Assembly: GCA_051294905.1 (NCBI GenBank)
Contig: CM119383.1
Coordinates: 11,160,001 to 11,224,000 of the forward strand
Length of the DNA: 64,000 nt
Reading direction: 5' to 3'
From: Botryllus schlosseri
Lineage: Eukaryota
Part shown: in pieces, positions 49,701 to 61,951 of the stretch
How positions within the stretch are numbered: the stretch's first letter is position 1
Layout: each line of letters opens with the position of its first letter
Notes under the pieces: model-generated
What the model saw: only the letters and a program-made list of their open reading frames with translations
What the model was told of the DNA's origin: nothing
The model's database searches: none
Made by a program: the position numbers and the translations under genes

Positions 49701-52700
49701 GGCGGCAGACTGGGGGAACACGAAAAGGGGCATTGGAAACACTTGAGATAGTTGATGTTGGGAGTACACTTACTTCCGAAGATAGCTCCTTGATCAGATG
49801 AGGCATCAGCCAGATGTTGCTCTTGTCCAATTCGATCCCCAAGATCGGCGATTTCCCATCTCTGGCGGGTTCCGAGTTGTGATTCTTGAAGACTTCTATC
49901 ACCGCCCTGAAGTTGAATTGTGTATTTTTCGGAATTCGTCGTTGATAAACTGGTTGTTGCTACACAGAATTCACCATGGAAATCGGACCAGGCTGACCAA
50001 TTTTTTATCTAAAACTAATTTGGATGAGTCCAAATTTAATTATGGAGACTCCAAATAACAAAGATTAGTTTTATACCAAGAATTCACACAAAACATTTAT
50101 GCAAGGGGCGTAAAAAGAGGTAACGGGTCATGAATCTGGTTCTACGCAGTAGAAAAACATCTTTTCATCATATCGAAGTTCAAAGCATATCACTGAAACG
50201 TTTCAATGTAGTTTCATGCCAAAGTTATTTTGTCGAGGTTACGTTTTTAAGCTTTATACCCGCATTGGCAATAACAACAGCCAGGCAAACAAACGTTTTA
50301 CACCAGAGATGCATTGGTCTTCGAAAGCATATTAAAATCAACATCGATTAGCACAATTCACTTACTTTGCGATATCGTCAGATAAAATCTCGTCTTGGGC
50401 CGCCTGTCGTAACATGATTTGAAGCTCCAGTAGCGTCTGCCGGAGCGTCCACCGCGACATGCGATTCAAGACTTGCACGACGTAGCGCCGTTGCTCGTGT
50501 GACGTGTTTGACAATTGCTATGGTGGAAAAAGAGGGGATTACTTTGCAATTAAAAAGGCGAGGGAATGGAGTTTCGTGGATAATATCCAATATGCCGCAC
50601 CGTATTTTAGCGGAATTTATACAGCTTCGATGCATATCATGTCATCTTCACATAAACGAAACCACAAAAACTCACAACGCACAGCAAAGAAAGCGCATTT
50701 GCACGCTAGATAACTAGCATGTAAAAAGAGAAAGCACCTGTAAATCCTCTTGTGGACAGAAAATATACTGTATCAAATTCTGCATTTGCCGTTGTGTGAG
50801 TTCCTTGTCCATCCACAGGTCCCAGTCGATATTTTTCAAACACCTAGCACGGGAACGTCGACAGGTTCAAAAGAAGGACAATAACAAGGTGCCACAAAAC
50901 AAATTTTACGAATAGGATATCATTGGACACAGTGTTAAAAATATATAGAATTAGACAGAGCAGCTAGATCACCATCGAAAAATCAAACACAAATTTCATG
51001 GCGATCTCCATCCTATGCATTTATCGATCCTTTTCAGCGTGAGATTGGTGTGTCGCTATATAAATCGCTTGCAGGAACTATGCGCACATCAGACCCCCAT
51101 AAATTTCGGCACTGAATTTCAGATCGACATCATGTTCTAACGATAGGTTGAATAGATTCAGATAACTGAATAGCTGGTTGTTGGTACAGAATTTGAAGAT
51201 AACCTTCATCACAACATCCATTGCATTCATACATTCAATATGACTCGGCGACTTTTCAGGTGCCTCTTTTCAGGGGTTATCGCCACAGTAAAGGGATTCG
51301 AAGTTGGAACCCATTCAAATATGAGATATGGCAAAGCGATATAGCAAGGCACGACGTAACGGTCGGAATTAAGGAACATTGTCACAATGCAAATTTGATT
51401 TTCTGTAATTCCAATCAGTATGTCTTACTCTGCCATAACGGTTCCACTTTTGAAATTTTTAAAATAGACATTCACATTCACGTTTCACAGGTGAAAAACG
51501 CAGCAATTCCGGAGAATTCTTACCTTTCTCGAACCCATTGTTGCGAGCAAATCGTCCTCACCGCGGCTTTTGCGAATTCACTCAAGCAAGGCGCCGCCTG
51601 CTGACAATTATTCGTGACGTTGTTCTAGAATAAAATCAGCATCGATATAAAATGCGCAAGTTTGCATCTTGTGCGTAATAGTTACCCTAGCCTGTCCGCT
51701 CAGCAGAAAGCTGTTGGAAAGCTCTCCGAAATTGTTGATGGGCGCTAGATACGACGTGACGCTGGCCTCGTTATTCGACGGCGAAGAAGAATGTCTCCCG
51801 CTGAAACTGGCGTCGCCTGAAACAAATTCACACCATGTTTTCAATATACTTTTAGAAGTACAGAACCACAATATTGAAACAATATACATATTGCCGAATT
51901 CATTCCAATTTCCGACCGACTCTCATCGGGAGCAAATGCCAGTAACAACGGTTAACCAAATTGAAAATACAGTAGTTGCAACATAATAATGACAAGTAAA
52001 CAGACTTTTATCTTTTTAATTTGGTTAAATGCATTTACTGATGATTGCTCCTAATGAAGAGTCCGTCGAAAAGCTCAGATTTAGAATGAATTACGCAATA
52101 TGAATGAAGTGTTTGCAGCGATATTGAATTTTTGTACCTTCAGAAGCATATTCAGAATGTACAAATATTCCATAATCCATTTACATCATTTGAAACGGAA
52201 TAGGTCAAAATATTCCAATCTGATTTAAAATGAGCTCTATGATCATCTTGACCTATTTCGTCTTGTCTCTGTGGTTTAAAAGTAAGCTCAGCCCAATTAT
52301 TCCCAAAATATAAAGGCTTCTACAAATCGGAAGATAAGCGGGTCGTCCACGCACCCAATTTCAGTATCAGCTTCACCACGGCCAGTACGGCGCCGACGAC
52401 GATATTCCGTTGGGCAGCCGCCAACAGATGCCTGTCGCAAGCTTCCGGGATGTAAAACTGTGGTATGTCGGACCGAGACTGATCCGACACGGACACTTGG
52501 GATGGAGGTACGGGCGTCTTGAACAGTTGAAGAAGAATATGGCAAGTGAGGCGGGCGCCTGAAACGAAATTCGAATATCGAGTATCAAATCGAAATTTCT
52601 GTGGGAATTCGTAAACGTGAATAAACGTGTGAGGCATGAAACCTTGAATCATCGGGCTGAACAAATTGTTGGCACAAACTAGGTTGGCAAATTTTAATGA

Positions 52701-55700
52701 ACGTTCTCTCCAAGGCACTTAAACGGAAAATATTCCACTCCAAAAAAGAGAGAAGACTTACCAGTTTCAACGCCCGAGTCGTCGACGATAGATTGCTTGC
52801 AGGCGGCTAGCAACGGCGGTATCGCCACCTCTCTTATAAAATTCTCGATGGAGATACAGTTGCGCGCGATCAGTATGGCAGTGAACAACGCTAGCGGGTC
52901 GCGTATCGTCTCGTCCGACGGCTGAAAATCAAAGAGAACGGCGTTCAATCTTCCAAACCAGATTAAAAAGTAAACCACTCACGTTAACAAAAAGAAAAAC
53001 GTCGGTGAAGGTCTGTGAAGAATGCGAGCCAGAACAAAGTGCTTTGAGCACGCCCAGCCATTCCGAACTCAAATCATTGCATTGTGCGTTCATCTCCGCG
53101 CAAAACGTCGCGATGGTGCTGATGCTAAGGAAACAAAGATCAAAATCAACATTTGACACGAACAGCATGGAAGGAAAGGTTATATACATAACTACTTAAT
53201 AGCCGATTGCTACCAATACCTGACAGTACAAAATTCACTCCAGTAACTTACTTTTCTGGCGATTGCTGTCCGCAGCATATGGTGCGTATGACGGTGCACA
53301 CGAACGAGTATTTGTAAGTTTCGTCTTCCAACAGTCTGCGAGTGCCTTTCGCGACCAGGATCGGGTGCCTCTCCCGCAAACGTTCCGGGTCTTGTATGTA
53401 GTCCAACATGAACGTGGAATTGTAGCTGGCGAAGTAGGGAGACGTCAGAAATTTGGTGAAGAGAAGTGGGTACTACGAAAATTGGTAGGAGAGAGGAAGA
53501 GCTAGACAGAGTCTCGCGGATTCTCTCATACATAGGGATGACACGGTGACCGGGCCAGATTGAAACCTTCGAATCGTCCGCGGGCCGGACCAGTTGAATA
53601 CTTGAAAATTGTTACCTCAACATCCATGCCTCTGTTTTGCACTTGAATTCTTTATTATCAAACAAGTGTACGTAAAAATACATCGCTTCATTTAGTATCC
53701 TACGGATAATAGAGGTTCTATTCTGGCGACACCTTTATTCGCAAACAACGGAATTCGCAAAAATACAGTGATTGGCCGGATGAATAGTCGTAAACCGCTA
53801 AAATAGGGGCTCTGACGGATATCTTAGTAGGCATGTTTCTAAGCTCACTTTGTTTTAGCAGTGATCTGGCGTCAGCATTGCGTGTATGTGTATCAATACA
53901 GGAGATTTAACTGCAGACACGGACTTTGAATTTGGTTTGCTACTATTAAATTGCGATTCCGGTCAAAGCCGCGATACAGCAGTGCGACCACATACATTTG
54001 CATCGTCTTTTTGTGTGACTATTATATTGTACATGTAACGGTTTCGCATTGGCGTTTTTGCTTCTGTGAATAACTGCTTTTTGCTCCATTTTCCATAATA
54101 TTCTGTACTCAGTGTGGAATTTTTTGCCTTCCCGGTGCTGGTTGTCGATGTCACCGACTTTTTCTTACTGGTTACTGGAGCGAAACCACAACACCTCAGT
54201 CGGGTGGTTATAATGTGGCCGATGAAGGGGCTCGACATTTGGTGTCTCAGGGAAGCATTCCTTACAAAAAATTCTCAGTATTTGTTGGAAATTTGCTGGA
54301 TAATACAAGTCTTTTTCAATCTACTAAGAATTGAGGGCCGTATGTTCGACACCGCTGGACTAAGCCCTACACTACAGACATCAAACGGACATGCGTGTAC
54401 CTACCTTCGGCTTGACACAGCCGGCACCTTCGACTGCAACAGCGCTTGCTTGATAAGAAACGAGTAACTTGAAAACTTTGCGACTTGACTTTCGGAAAGG
54501 TACTTCCGAAAAGACGTGAACAAATCGTACAGAAACATAAGAACGCATCTAAAAACAATATTCGCCCGTCAGAGAGTTGAGCGGGAACAAATCCGACACC
54601 AACACCGACCTGTCTGGCGACGTGCAATCGCTGGGACTGACGCTAGAATGCTTGATGAAAGCCCACAAGACGTCGAACGCTTGCCGGGTGAGCTCGTGGT
54701 CGAGAGTGAGGTAGCTGAAAAACGAATTGCACCAATAACCACAGGCAGTGACTAACTAAGTACTTCTACCTTTATGAAGCACTTGATGAATTATTAATTA
54801 TGTAACAATTGAATAGTATATTCATATTGAAATGAACCCGAATATTTTCGGCTGACACTCGTCAGGGGTAATCGTCAGCAACTAGTAGAGTCTGTACATC
54901 CAAGAAGCTCATCAATTATGTAACAGTTTATAAGCAAAACTAGTTACTATTTCAATCTGGATTTTGAAAACTAGAAAGTTTCTGGGTAACTCTGCGAGTG
55001 AAATCGTAGTGAGAACTGCGCGAAACGGCCCCTGTATCACGACAACTGAATATATTTTCGAAGATTCTACCCTGTTTGCAGCGCCATCGTCATTTTGCGT
55101 TTGTCGCGAAGATACATCTAGCACTTTTGAAAGTACCCACCTCCAATTAGCTGCTAAAAGTATACTAACCCTCAAATAAAAAAAAATAGAACAATTTGAA
55201 ACTATTTAGGTAGTTTTGATACCTGGCATTTTCTACTTCTCTTGAAGTAGATGCAATAGGTCTTGGAAAATTGTGCATGCAGTTGTAATCGAGTAGAAAA
55301 TCATGACTCTACTTCTACTTGAGTAGAAATGCACACTACTTTATCCACCTCTGCTCAAGTAGTCTCGGCATATCTAATTGATAAGTTTAAGTGTATCGTG
55401 TAAAAATAACGGCACTATTCTCACTTTAACCTAGGGTAGGGTTGACAGCCCAGTACTAGATAGAGCACCACTCATGCTGCCAGAGGCTTCCAAGAAGAAA
55501 CAGCCTAAAAACAACAAAAACGTGCGACGTTACCTTTGATAATGTCTCAAGATAGCGACAATGTTCAGAACGAGGTCTTTGGTATAGTATTCGCTTTTTT
55601 CGGGATGTTTCCGAGCGATTTCCATCGCCAACGGGCTCAGCATGCCGGCTATCTGCACAGACAGCTGTACCATGCCGGCCACGTTCAACGCCTCTTCCAT

Positions 55701-58700
55701 CAGGCTCAGAACCAACGTAATACTGCTGAGGGGCGGTAGGTGTGAAGAACTGAAAATATTGAAATGTGCGGGTGAACTGTGTCACATACATCAAGACAAG
55801 TCAAGGTATGGAATCAACCGTTATTATTATTATAAAAGGTTATCAGTTTTTGTAATAATTAGGGTTACTTGCTTGCAAAGGGTCAGGCTAGGGTTTAAGC
55901 CAAGGCTAGTGGGCAGAATCACGACTGGAACCATTAATGCAAACATCTTCAGTTCTTATCAACTTTCATCGAGAATCATGAAATATCGTTTCTGTCCTAA
56001 GATCTTGACCCCGTCGTAGTTACAATACAAAATAAAGAGAATGACTGAGTACAAAATAATACCCAGAGTATTCTACCCGTGGGGAGCCCTGAAACAATTG
56101 TGTGGCATGCAAAGACGTCAGTGTTGGGATGACTCGAGTCATGACTTGACTCGAGTCAGACTCGAGTCACCTTTTTCGCATGACTTGACTTGACTCGAGT
56201 CAATTTGCTAAAATGACTTGACTTGACTTGACTCGGCGTATCAGAAATGTGGATTGACTCGTGACTCGGAGCAAAATTCACGAGTCAATTTCAAGTCATC
56301 AAGTTATCGGTGTCGATAAAAATCACTGTATCTTGATTGTTCGCGAAACGCTTGCCTAACCCGTGAGAGCGACCAATCATTCAATGACCGTGCCTTTTAC
56401 TGAGCCTCGATTGTTCTTTCACAAATAAATTGACCGCGCACGCAGTGATCGCAGCTTACTGCTTACGTTGTCGTAACTCTAGTAGTAAAGTAATAGAATA
56501 GCAAAATGTATATTTCTGTTCTCTGTTCTTACCTTAATCAAACCTCTTGTTTTATTGAAATTAAAGTCGAATATAGTTTATATAGTCGTCAACCATTGGC
56601 GCAGGCTCGAATGGTATCCTATCTATTTGTGAATGGGTAATGTATTGTATCTTATCAATTCCAATTCTCTATTCTCTATTTTGGCTGGTGACTATAAACT
56701 GAGGCTATGCAATTACGTAGTTTAATAGTTCTACGTATATGTGAGCGAAGCAGCGCCTTCTTGCGTGCATATTTAACTCTATATTCGTTCATCGTTTCGG
56801 AATCAATGACTACTCAAACTGTATTTCAGACAGCTAGCAAACTGCAATGACGTGATCATGCCTCATACATACTTCGAAAAGGCAACTTGACTTGAAATGT
56901 GACTTGACTCGTGACTTGACTTGACTTGACTCGACTTGACTCGAGTCACCTCCAAAAATCGAGTGACTTGACTTGACTCGAGTCACCTTTGAAAATCGAT
57001 TGACTTGACTTGACTCGAGTCAAAATGGGCAATGACTCGAAATGACTCGTGACTCAAAGGTAGTGACTTGATCCCAACACTGAAAGACGTGCCATTCATG
57101 AATGGTGCGCAAAACGGTGTCTAACTGAGCTTGATTTACGGTATATTTGAGATACGTTCGAATGATCCAAGAAAACGGCCCAAATAACACTCAAATATGC
57201 ATAGGCTGACTTTCTACAATGTACATGATTGTTGTGACAGAATTTATTCGACGATATGACAAAAATTTCGAACAATTTGCTTTCCGGTTTTCACTGTCGT
57301 GATGTGTATGTAGCCTGATATCGAATTTCATTGATAAGACTCGCCATCACATTCAGGTGGTGGCAGGGTTGTAATGACTCGAGTCAGACTCCAGTCACGA
57401 TTTTCTGATGACTCGACTTGACTCGAGTCATTTTCTCGAAATACGGAAATGACTCGACTCGAGTCAATCTGCGTATTGACTCGACTTGGACTCGAGTCAT
57501 TGCGATTGACTCGAACCAAGTCATATGACTCGAGACTCAGACGGCCAAGACCGACATTTCATTGTAATTTCGAAGAACAAGTCAAGTAACCACCCTATTG
57601 GGATTTTGTCTATTGTTACTGGTACTTGAAAATGCGACCAGAAACTGTTAAAAGTGAGGAAAATTAGTATTCTATAAATGCGAACCATCGATATCACCAA
57701 ACAGAGTTATAAAAGTGGGTTTAACAAGACTTTAACATGAAACTGAGCAGTCAACACAATGACTTGGACTCGGACTCGAGTCATAATACCATGACTCGGG
57801 ACTTGAACCTCTGCTCGATGACTTGGACTCGGACTTGACTCGGTGGTGAATTGAAAATGACTCGACTTGACTCGAGTCAAAACTATAAAAGTGAGATAGA
57901 CTTGTGACTCGGAGCTTTATGACTTGGTTACAACCCTGGGTGGTGGACCGTGCAACCACTTGGTGGCCTGTGTGCAGCCCGCGGTTCCGTGGTATTGTTC
58001 TTATCTGGTTCGCTTGTCAAAAAGATCCAACTATTCCATTGAATCGTTAAACATTCCAAATCAAATGTTACATTGTTACATGGTGCCTAAGACTTTCAAG
58101 AACAGGAATTAAAACAACTCCCCTCAGCACTTATCCCCTTCAGGCAACTTTACAATTAGCAATCAGGGGTAGCTCTCAAATTCACTTCCCCCAAACCCAC
58201 GCAAACAAAATCACTCACTTCTCCACGATGAAGTCGTTGAAAGACGTCGTAATGGCTTTTGCCGCTTGAGCGGTCACGAAATGCTGATCGAAATAGGTCA
58301 GGCAACGAAATCGTTTCAGCAAGACGCTCGGCGAAAGAGTGTTGGTGACGTAGGAACCGGCGCCACGATTCTTGGACTTCTTCGAGCTGCCTCCGCTTGC
58401 AGACTTTACTGAAGATGGTCCCGCTATAAAGATAACACGCATTTGCTTTAACTGATTACTGAGACTACCGGCGTCTACCTCCACCAAAAAGTTGCCGATA
58501 TCACAGTTCTACGGCTGTGCAGATAAGGTTTATGGAGAGAAGCCACTCGCCACTCACAATTTCACTCTTAAAACTCTCAAAAACACTTTATGCTTGATAA
58601 CATTGTAAAATACGAAAGAGATTTCACACCGTCCACCAAAAGAGCGAATCTGCCACCTCTAGACCAAAGCAATCTCTCCGACTGCACAGCCGTATTAATG

Positions 58701-61287
58701 ATTCGGCACTACTGCAAGCACAAAACACATTTCGTACCGTAATTGTTATCCATTTGCGACAACGACGGTGCCTTTTGAACGAGCCTGCAAACGTGCTTGG
58801 TGATTTTTCTCACTTCCTTCTTGACCTCGCTACGTTGCCGGCCGGCGCCGTACAGCACCATCATGCGCTGGTTCATCTCGTGGACGCAGTTGTCGTCCTG
58901 GGCAGAGGAATAGGATCACAACGTTAGAGATTGGTCCCAGTAGCATGAATTAGCAAATTTTGAGTGACTAGGCAAAAATTTGAAAGATATAATCATAGTG
59001 TCCTAAATGGCGTGGACACAGCGAGATTGAACGGCTCACTGCATTTGGGTCACGTCATACTTTCCATACGGCCATTTTTACCGGCTTGCCGAGCGCTAAA
59101 TTTGATAAAACGGTTATCAATGGAGAGCTTCTACTGTAATGATTACAAAAATATGAATTTTATGCTGCTCATAGCCCTGAAACCCCCAAAACCAGCCTTG
59201 AATTTTTCATTGTGACGCAACAATTCTGTCTGGCAAAACGAGACTGCAGCTTAGGGGAAAGAGCCACACAGCGATGTTGCGTCACAATCCAAAACTCCAA
59301 AACAATGCAAAACTCGAGGCTGGTTTTTTTTTGGGGGGGGGGTTCCAGGGCCATGAGCAGCATAAAATATATATTTTCGTAATCGGTACAGTAGAAGCTT
59401 TCCATTGATACCCGTTTGGATACTGGGTCTTTCTGACCTTCTTACGTCGGTTTGTTGATACTTATGATGACTATAAAAATATAGGTCAGCTCTCCTGCCT
59501 GTCCAGTGTCCATATCAGAATATTCTACTTATAGATACTAAACCAGACCAAGTCCGTATCCAACACTTCAAAGGTTGGCATTCGAACAGCGGTCCGCCAA
59601 TTGAGTATCGTTGTTCTAATATAACAGACAATTTTCACAAGACTTATGAAAATATTCACTCTTTGCTGGCCATGGACATGATACCGAATGACTTCTGGAT
59701 TTGAAATAGAATTGAAAGTCCAATGCGGAACAAGATTTGGACGTGAAAAAATAGAACCTACTCAACTCGAGTAACACTTACTTCGAACGGGATTGGCAAG
59801 TGCATCAAATACTGTGCGTGGCGGCACTGGCCGTAGCCCCATATGGGACCGTTGATCCGTTTCGCAAAACCGCCTGACGACAAATTGGACATCTTTTCCT
59901 TCGAACTGTCGGGCATCGACTTCATAACATCCGTGAAATGTCTGAAGACAAATTTTACACATGACCAAACCACGGGAATACTGGTAACAGCAAAATGGAG
60001 GTGAGTAATAATCCAACTTCCCTTGTGAGATATCGCCTACTCGTGAGTAAAACATGTAAAGGTGAACTCCATTTGAAGGTGGTCACCAACAAAGTACTTC
60101 TACTCTTTCGGAGTGCCTGAGTAGGCTCAAATGTTCATTTTACAAGACTATTTCCACTTCTTAAAAATAGTTTTCAGTTTTTTTAGGCAAAAACAGACCT
60201 AGAATACTTACATTTCACTAAATTGGAAATTTCTACTACTACCAACAATGGCTACTTTGACTACCTTTGCTACTGAAAATGAAAAAAAATTATTACTCCA
60301 ATGCTGCAAGGTTTTCAATTTTTACTATGTCGCTAACAGTGCATTACGTCACGTTAAAAAAGTAGCTAGAAAACATTAACCGCAATGAAACTACGAAATT
60401 TTAATTCCGGCCAGGTAATTCCGCGGTCGAAAAGTGATAACAAACGAACGAAAGAAGGCTAATATCGTTGCGGAATCTGCATTGAAAGCTCCCAGACATT
60501 GAGAAAGAATCCGATACATACCGTTCGTTCATGCTGCGCCCGAACGGGCTCGCAGGCGGGGAACACAAGAAGTCCCCGTCGTTCTTGTTATCCATACTCC
60601 GGGCCGACGAAGGAAAGTCGTCGTCGAAATCCATTTTAGACAAGATATCCTAAAAACAGCATATGAAGACACTTTGAGGTACAAAACTTCAATCTACAAT
60701 TGAATAACATATTCATATTGAAATAAACCCGAATATTTTCGACTGTCACTCGTCAGGGGTAACCGTCAGCAACTACAATTCTCTACTAGCCGCTGACGAT
60801 TACCCCGACAATTTCAGATACCTCCATAAAATTTAAAAAAAAAACACTCACAATTTGCTTATTGCTGACAGGAGCGCCCACAGACCTCGGTTCGACAGAC
60901 GGTATCGACGTCACGCTGCTTTGATTATTATAACCAAGTGCGGCGCCGTGCGTGGTGGATTGCGAGTATATCGGCAACGGAGACACGAGACCTATCATAA
61001 AACGTTCATCGTGAATATAAAGATCTTCAGTGGCGTGAAGTGAAATTCGAGAATCTCGAATACTAAAACGGCGGAGTCGGAAATAGCTACGTCAAACCTG
61101 GGTTGATTTCGCCTTTCGATATGAGCGTGTTGACATATTCGTCGTGCGAGAACACGTCGTGTTGCACCAGTTCCGCGAAGAGCATCACCAGATTCTTGAA
61201 GGATTGCAATTCCTTTTCGTTAGATGGATCCACTGCGGAACACACGTTGCATTGTCGATTCAATGTCGCATCAAACAATCTCAGCAT
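37787..61287 (-). CDS. MED12: Mediator subunit 12 (MED12/MED12L orthologue), 3' 32 exons; 5' exons lie beyond the right edge
   Basis: Exons (5'->3'): 61287-61098, 60991-60852, 60649-60522, 59941-59782, 58897-58738, 58423-58219, 55749-55534, 54714-54610, 54548-54405, 53425-53252, 53124-52983, 52921-52762, 52558-52355, 51816-51686, 51600-51524, 50843-50738, 50517-50366, 49906-49774, 49587-49429, 46795-46631, 45633-45532, 45472-45341, 44972-44853, 44414-44248, 42599-42498, 41955-41859, 41420-41222, 41163-41066, 40317-40146, 39418-39148, 38065-37933, 37870-37787. Phases are consistent throughout. Motifs: FAELVQHDVFSHD, RHAQYLMHLPIP, LSSEWLGVLKALC, GARLTCHILLQLFKTP, CDRHLLAAAQ, SLLSQQPFLSLILTCLK, EALQLRLSLMGGMFDTVQ, terminal RSAELVQSL. 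Confidence 0.95.
42057..42457 (+). mobile_element. hAT MITE, GACTCGAGTC family, copy 1
   Basis: CAGGGCTGC...ACAACCCTG; perfect TSD CGCAGGAC. Confidence 0.85.
42891..43845. mobile_element. MITE with ~45-bp TIRs hosting a nested GACTCGAGTC element
   Basis: GACCTTAATGGAATGCGAACCCAACAAGTAATATATCGTTGG (from 42896) is the near reverse complement of CCAACAATATATTACTTGTTGGTTTCGCATCCCATTGAGGTC (to 43840). Confidence 0.7.
43212..43795 (+). mobile_element. hAT MITE, GACTCGAGTC family, copy 2
   Basis: CAGGGTTGTAACCAAGTCAC...ACAACTCTG; perfect TSD CACCCAAC. Confidence 0.88.
45741..46192 (+). mobile_element. hAT MITE, GACTCGAGTC family, copy 3
   Basis: CAGGGTTGCAACCAAGTCAC...ACAACCCTA; TSD GCTACTTG/GATACCTG (6/8). 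Confidence 0.82.
48730..49385. repeat. ~650-bp interspersed repeat; inverted copy at ~61310-61935
   Basis: Shared blocks, e.g. GCAAGCTACTTAGTAAGGA vs TCCTTACTAAGTAGCTTGC and AAGTATCTTTCGTTGTAC vs GTACAACGAAAGATACTT. Confidence 0.75.
56119..57082. mobile_element. hAT non-autonomous element, 964 bp, related GACTCGAGTC subterminal repeats, perfect TSD AAAGACGT
   Basis: TIR CAGTGTTGGGAT / ATCCCAACACTG; TSD at 56111-56118 and 57083-57090. Confidence 0.88.
57364..57938 (-). mobile_element. hAT MITE, GACTCGAGTC family, copy 4 (opposite orientation)
   Basis: Its reverse complement aligns end-to-end with 43212-43795; perfect TSD GGTGGTGG. Confidence 0.88.
59108..59420. repeat. Foldback / inverted repeat in a MED12 intron
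   Basis: Arms ~59108-59220 and ~59277-59420; they yield mirror ORFs MESFYCNDYKNMNFMLL / MESFYCTDYENIYFMLL. Confidence 0.75.
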
Positions 61288-61951
61288 CTTATTAATCTAA
61301 TATGTAATAACTAGGGCGATATTTTTTACCTAAAAATCGGAAGACTTTGACCTAAAAAGTCAAAAAATATAAACATTTTGACCTTAAAACCCTAATTTTG
61401 ACAAAATTTTGACCTCGTGTATGTATATTAGGTGTTTTCGCACATGTTAAAATTGAACTACTTATCTTCATTTCTGGTTGGAACTGCCTGTCCTTATGAA
61501 GTAGTTTGGCCGGAAAAAACTTTTCTGACTTCAAAACTGACAAAGTTTTACATGAAAAAACTTTACTTTAACGAAATCTTGACCTATGAAGAATTCCACG
61601 CATTATGGTAGAAATGATGTAAATTTGTTGCAGTACAACGAAAGATACTTTTCTACATTCTTGGGTATCCTTACTAAGTAGCTTGCCAAGAATGGAGAAA
61701 GAATGTTCAACAGCAGCGGTTGTTGGCTGGCAACACAGAAGGTGACAGACCGTGTTGCTTCATTCTGACAATGTCGTCTACATCACAATTGTTTATCATG
61801 CGCTTCTTGATATAAGAAACTATGCCCACGCAGTCTTGCTTCAGTTTGGATATTGCGGTACGTTGAGCACAACACCATGTCAACCTATTTCTTTCATTTG
61901 ACCGTTTATGATTCACAATGACAAGACAATGGTCTGTGTGTACAGCGGCAC

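Noticed and set aside
51086-51138. Possible intronic C/D snoRNA (ATGATGT...CTGA on the minus strand)
   Set aside because: Imperfect C box, only ~50 nt and a 3-bp terminal stem; compatible with chance.
56130-57060. GACTTGACTCGAGTC arrays as satellite or CRISPR
   Set aside because: They are subterminal repeats bounded by TIRs and an 8-bp TSD, i.e. part of a hAT element.
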